The translations under genes were made by a program, and so were the position numbers. Shown here piece after piece: positions 63,631-64,000 of a stretch of 64,000 bases of DNA. Positions within the stretch are counted from its first letter, which is position 1. Every line of letters begins with the position of its first letter. The stretch comes from Chiloscyllium plagiosum (lineage: Eukaryota), in contig NC_057711.1 of NCBI RefSeq assembly GCF_004010195.1, forward strand, positions 124,341,782 to 124,405,781. The letters are read 5' to 3'. The notes beneath the pieces were generated by a model. That model was given only the letters and a program-made list of their open reading frames with translations. It had not been told where the DNA came from and made no database searches.

Positions 63631-63957
63631 AGATTAGATTAGATTCCCAACAGTGTGGAAACAGGCCCTTTCAGCCCAACAAGTCCACACCGACCCTCCG
63701 AAGAGAAACCCACCCACACCCATTTCCCTACGTTTACTCCGGACTAATGCATCTAACACCACGGGAAGTTTAGCATGGTCAATTCACCTAACCTGTACAT
63801 CTTCAGACAGAGGAGGAGACAGGAGCACCCGCAGGAAACCTACGCAGACATGGGAAGAATGTGCAAACTTCACACAGACAGTTCCTGAGACAGGAATCAA
63901 ACCCAGGTTCCTGACGCTGTGAGGCAGCAGTGCTAACCACTGAGCCACTGTGCCGCC
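63631..63957 (-). mobile_element. HE1-type SINE
   Basis: Antisense ggcggcacagtggctcagtggttagcactgctgcctcacagcg head; (AATCT)n tail. Confidence 0.92.
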
Positions 63958-64000
63958 TATAATGATACTTGCCATATTCACCATTATTGTCACTAGCTAT

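Overview
Vertebrate, repeat-dominated genomic DNA with no host protein-coding exon that I can support, so probably a large intron or intergenic region. The repeat content (HE1-type tRNA SINEs, many CR1/HER1-like LINEs, Penelope-like elements) suggests a cartilaginous fish, probably a shark. This is inferred from recalled repeat families, not from a database search. The recognisable ORFs are decayed transposon fragments: CR1 RT, a CR1-group single-ORF LINE, Rex1/Babar, L2, RTE, Penelope RT/GIY-YIG, and PIF/Harbinger transposase and Myb/SANT genes. Four structures stand out. (1) Two families of short, often palindromic Penelope-derived insertions, mostly with 12-17 bp TSDs, carry minimal hammerhead ribozyme cores next to the inversion point and a one-sided tail of about 32-42 nt. 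(2) An apparently ORF1-less LINE has a tRNA-like head, and head+tail deletion derivatives of it look like its SINE. (3) Several Harbinger relics retain an intron in the Myb/SANT gene. (4) Two solo LTRs of one family lie in inverted orientation. Most repeat boundaries are approximate and were read by eye.
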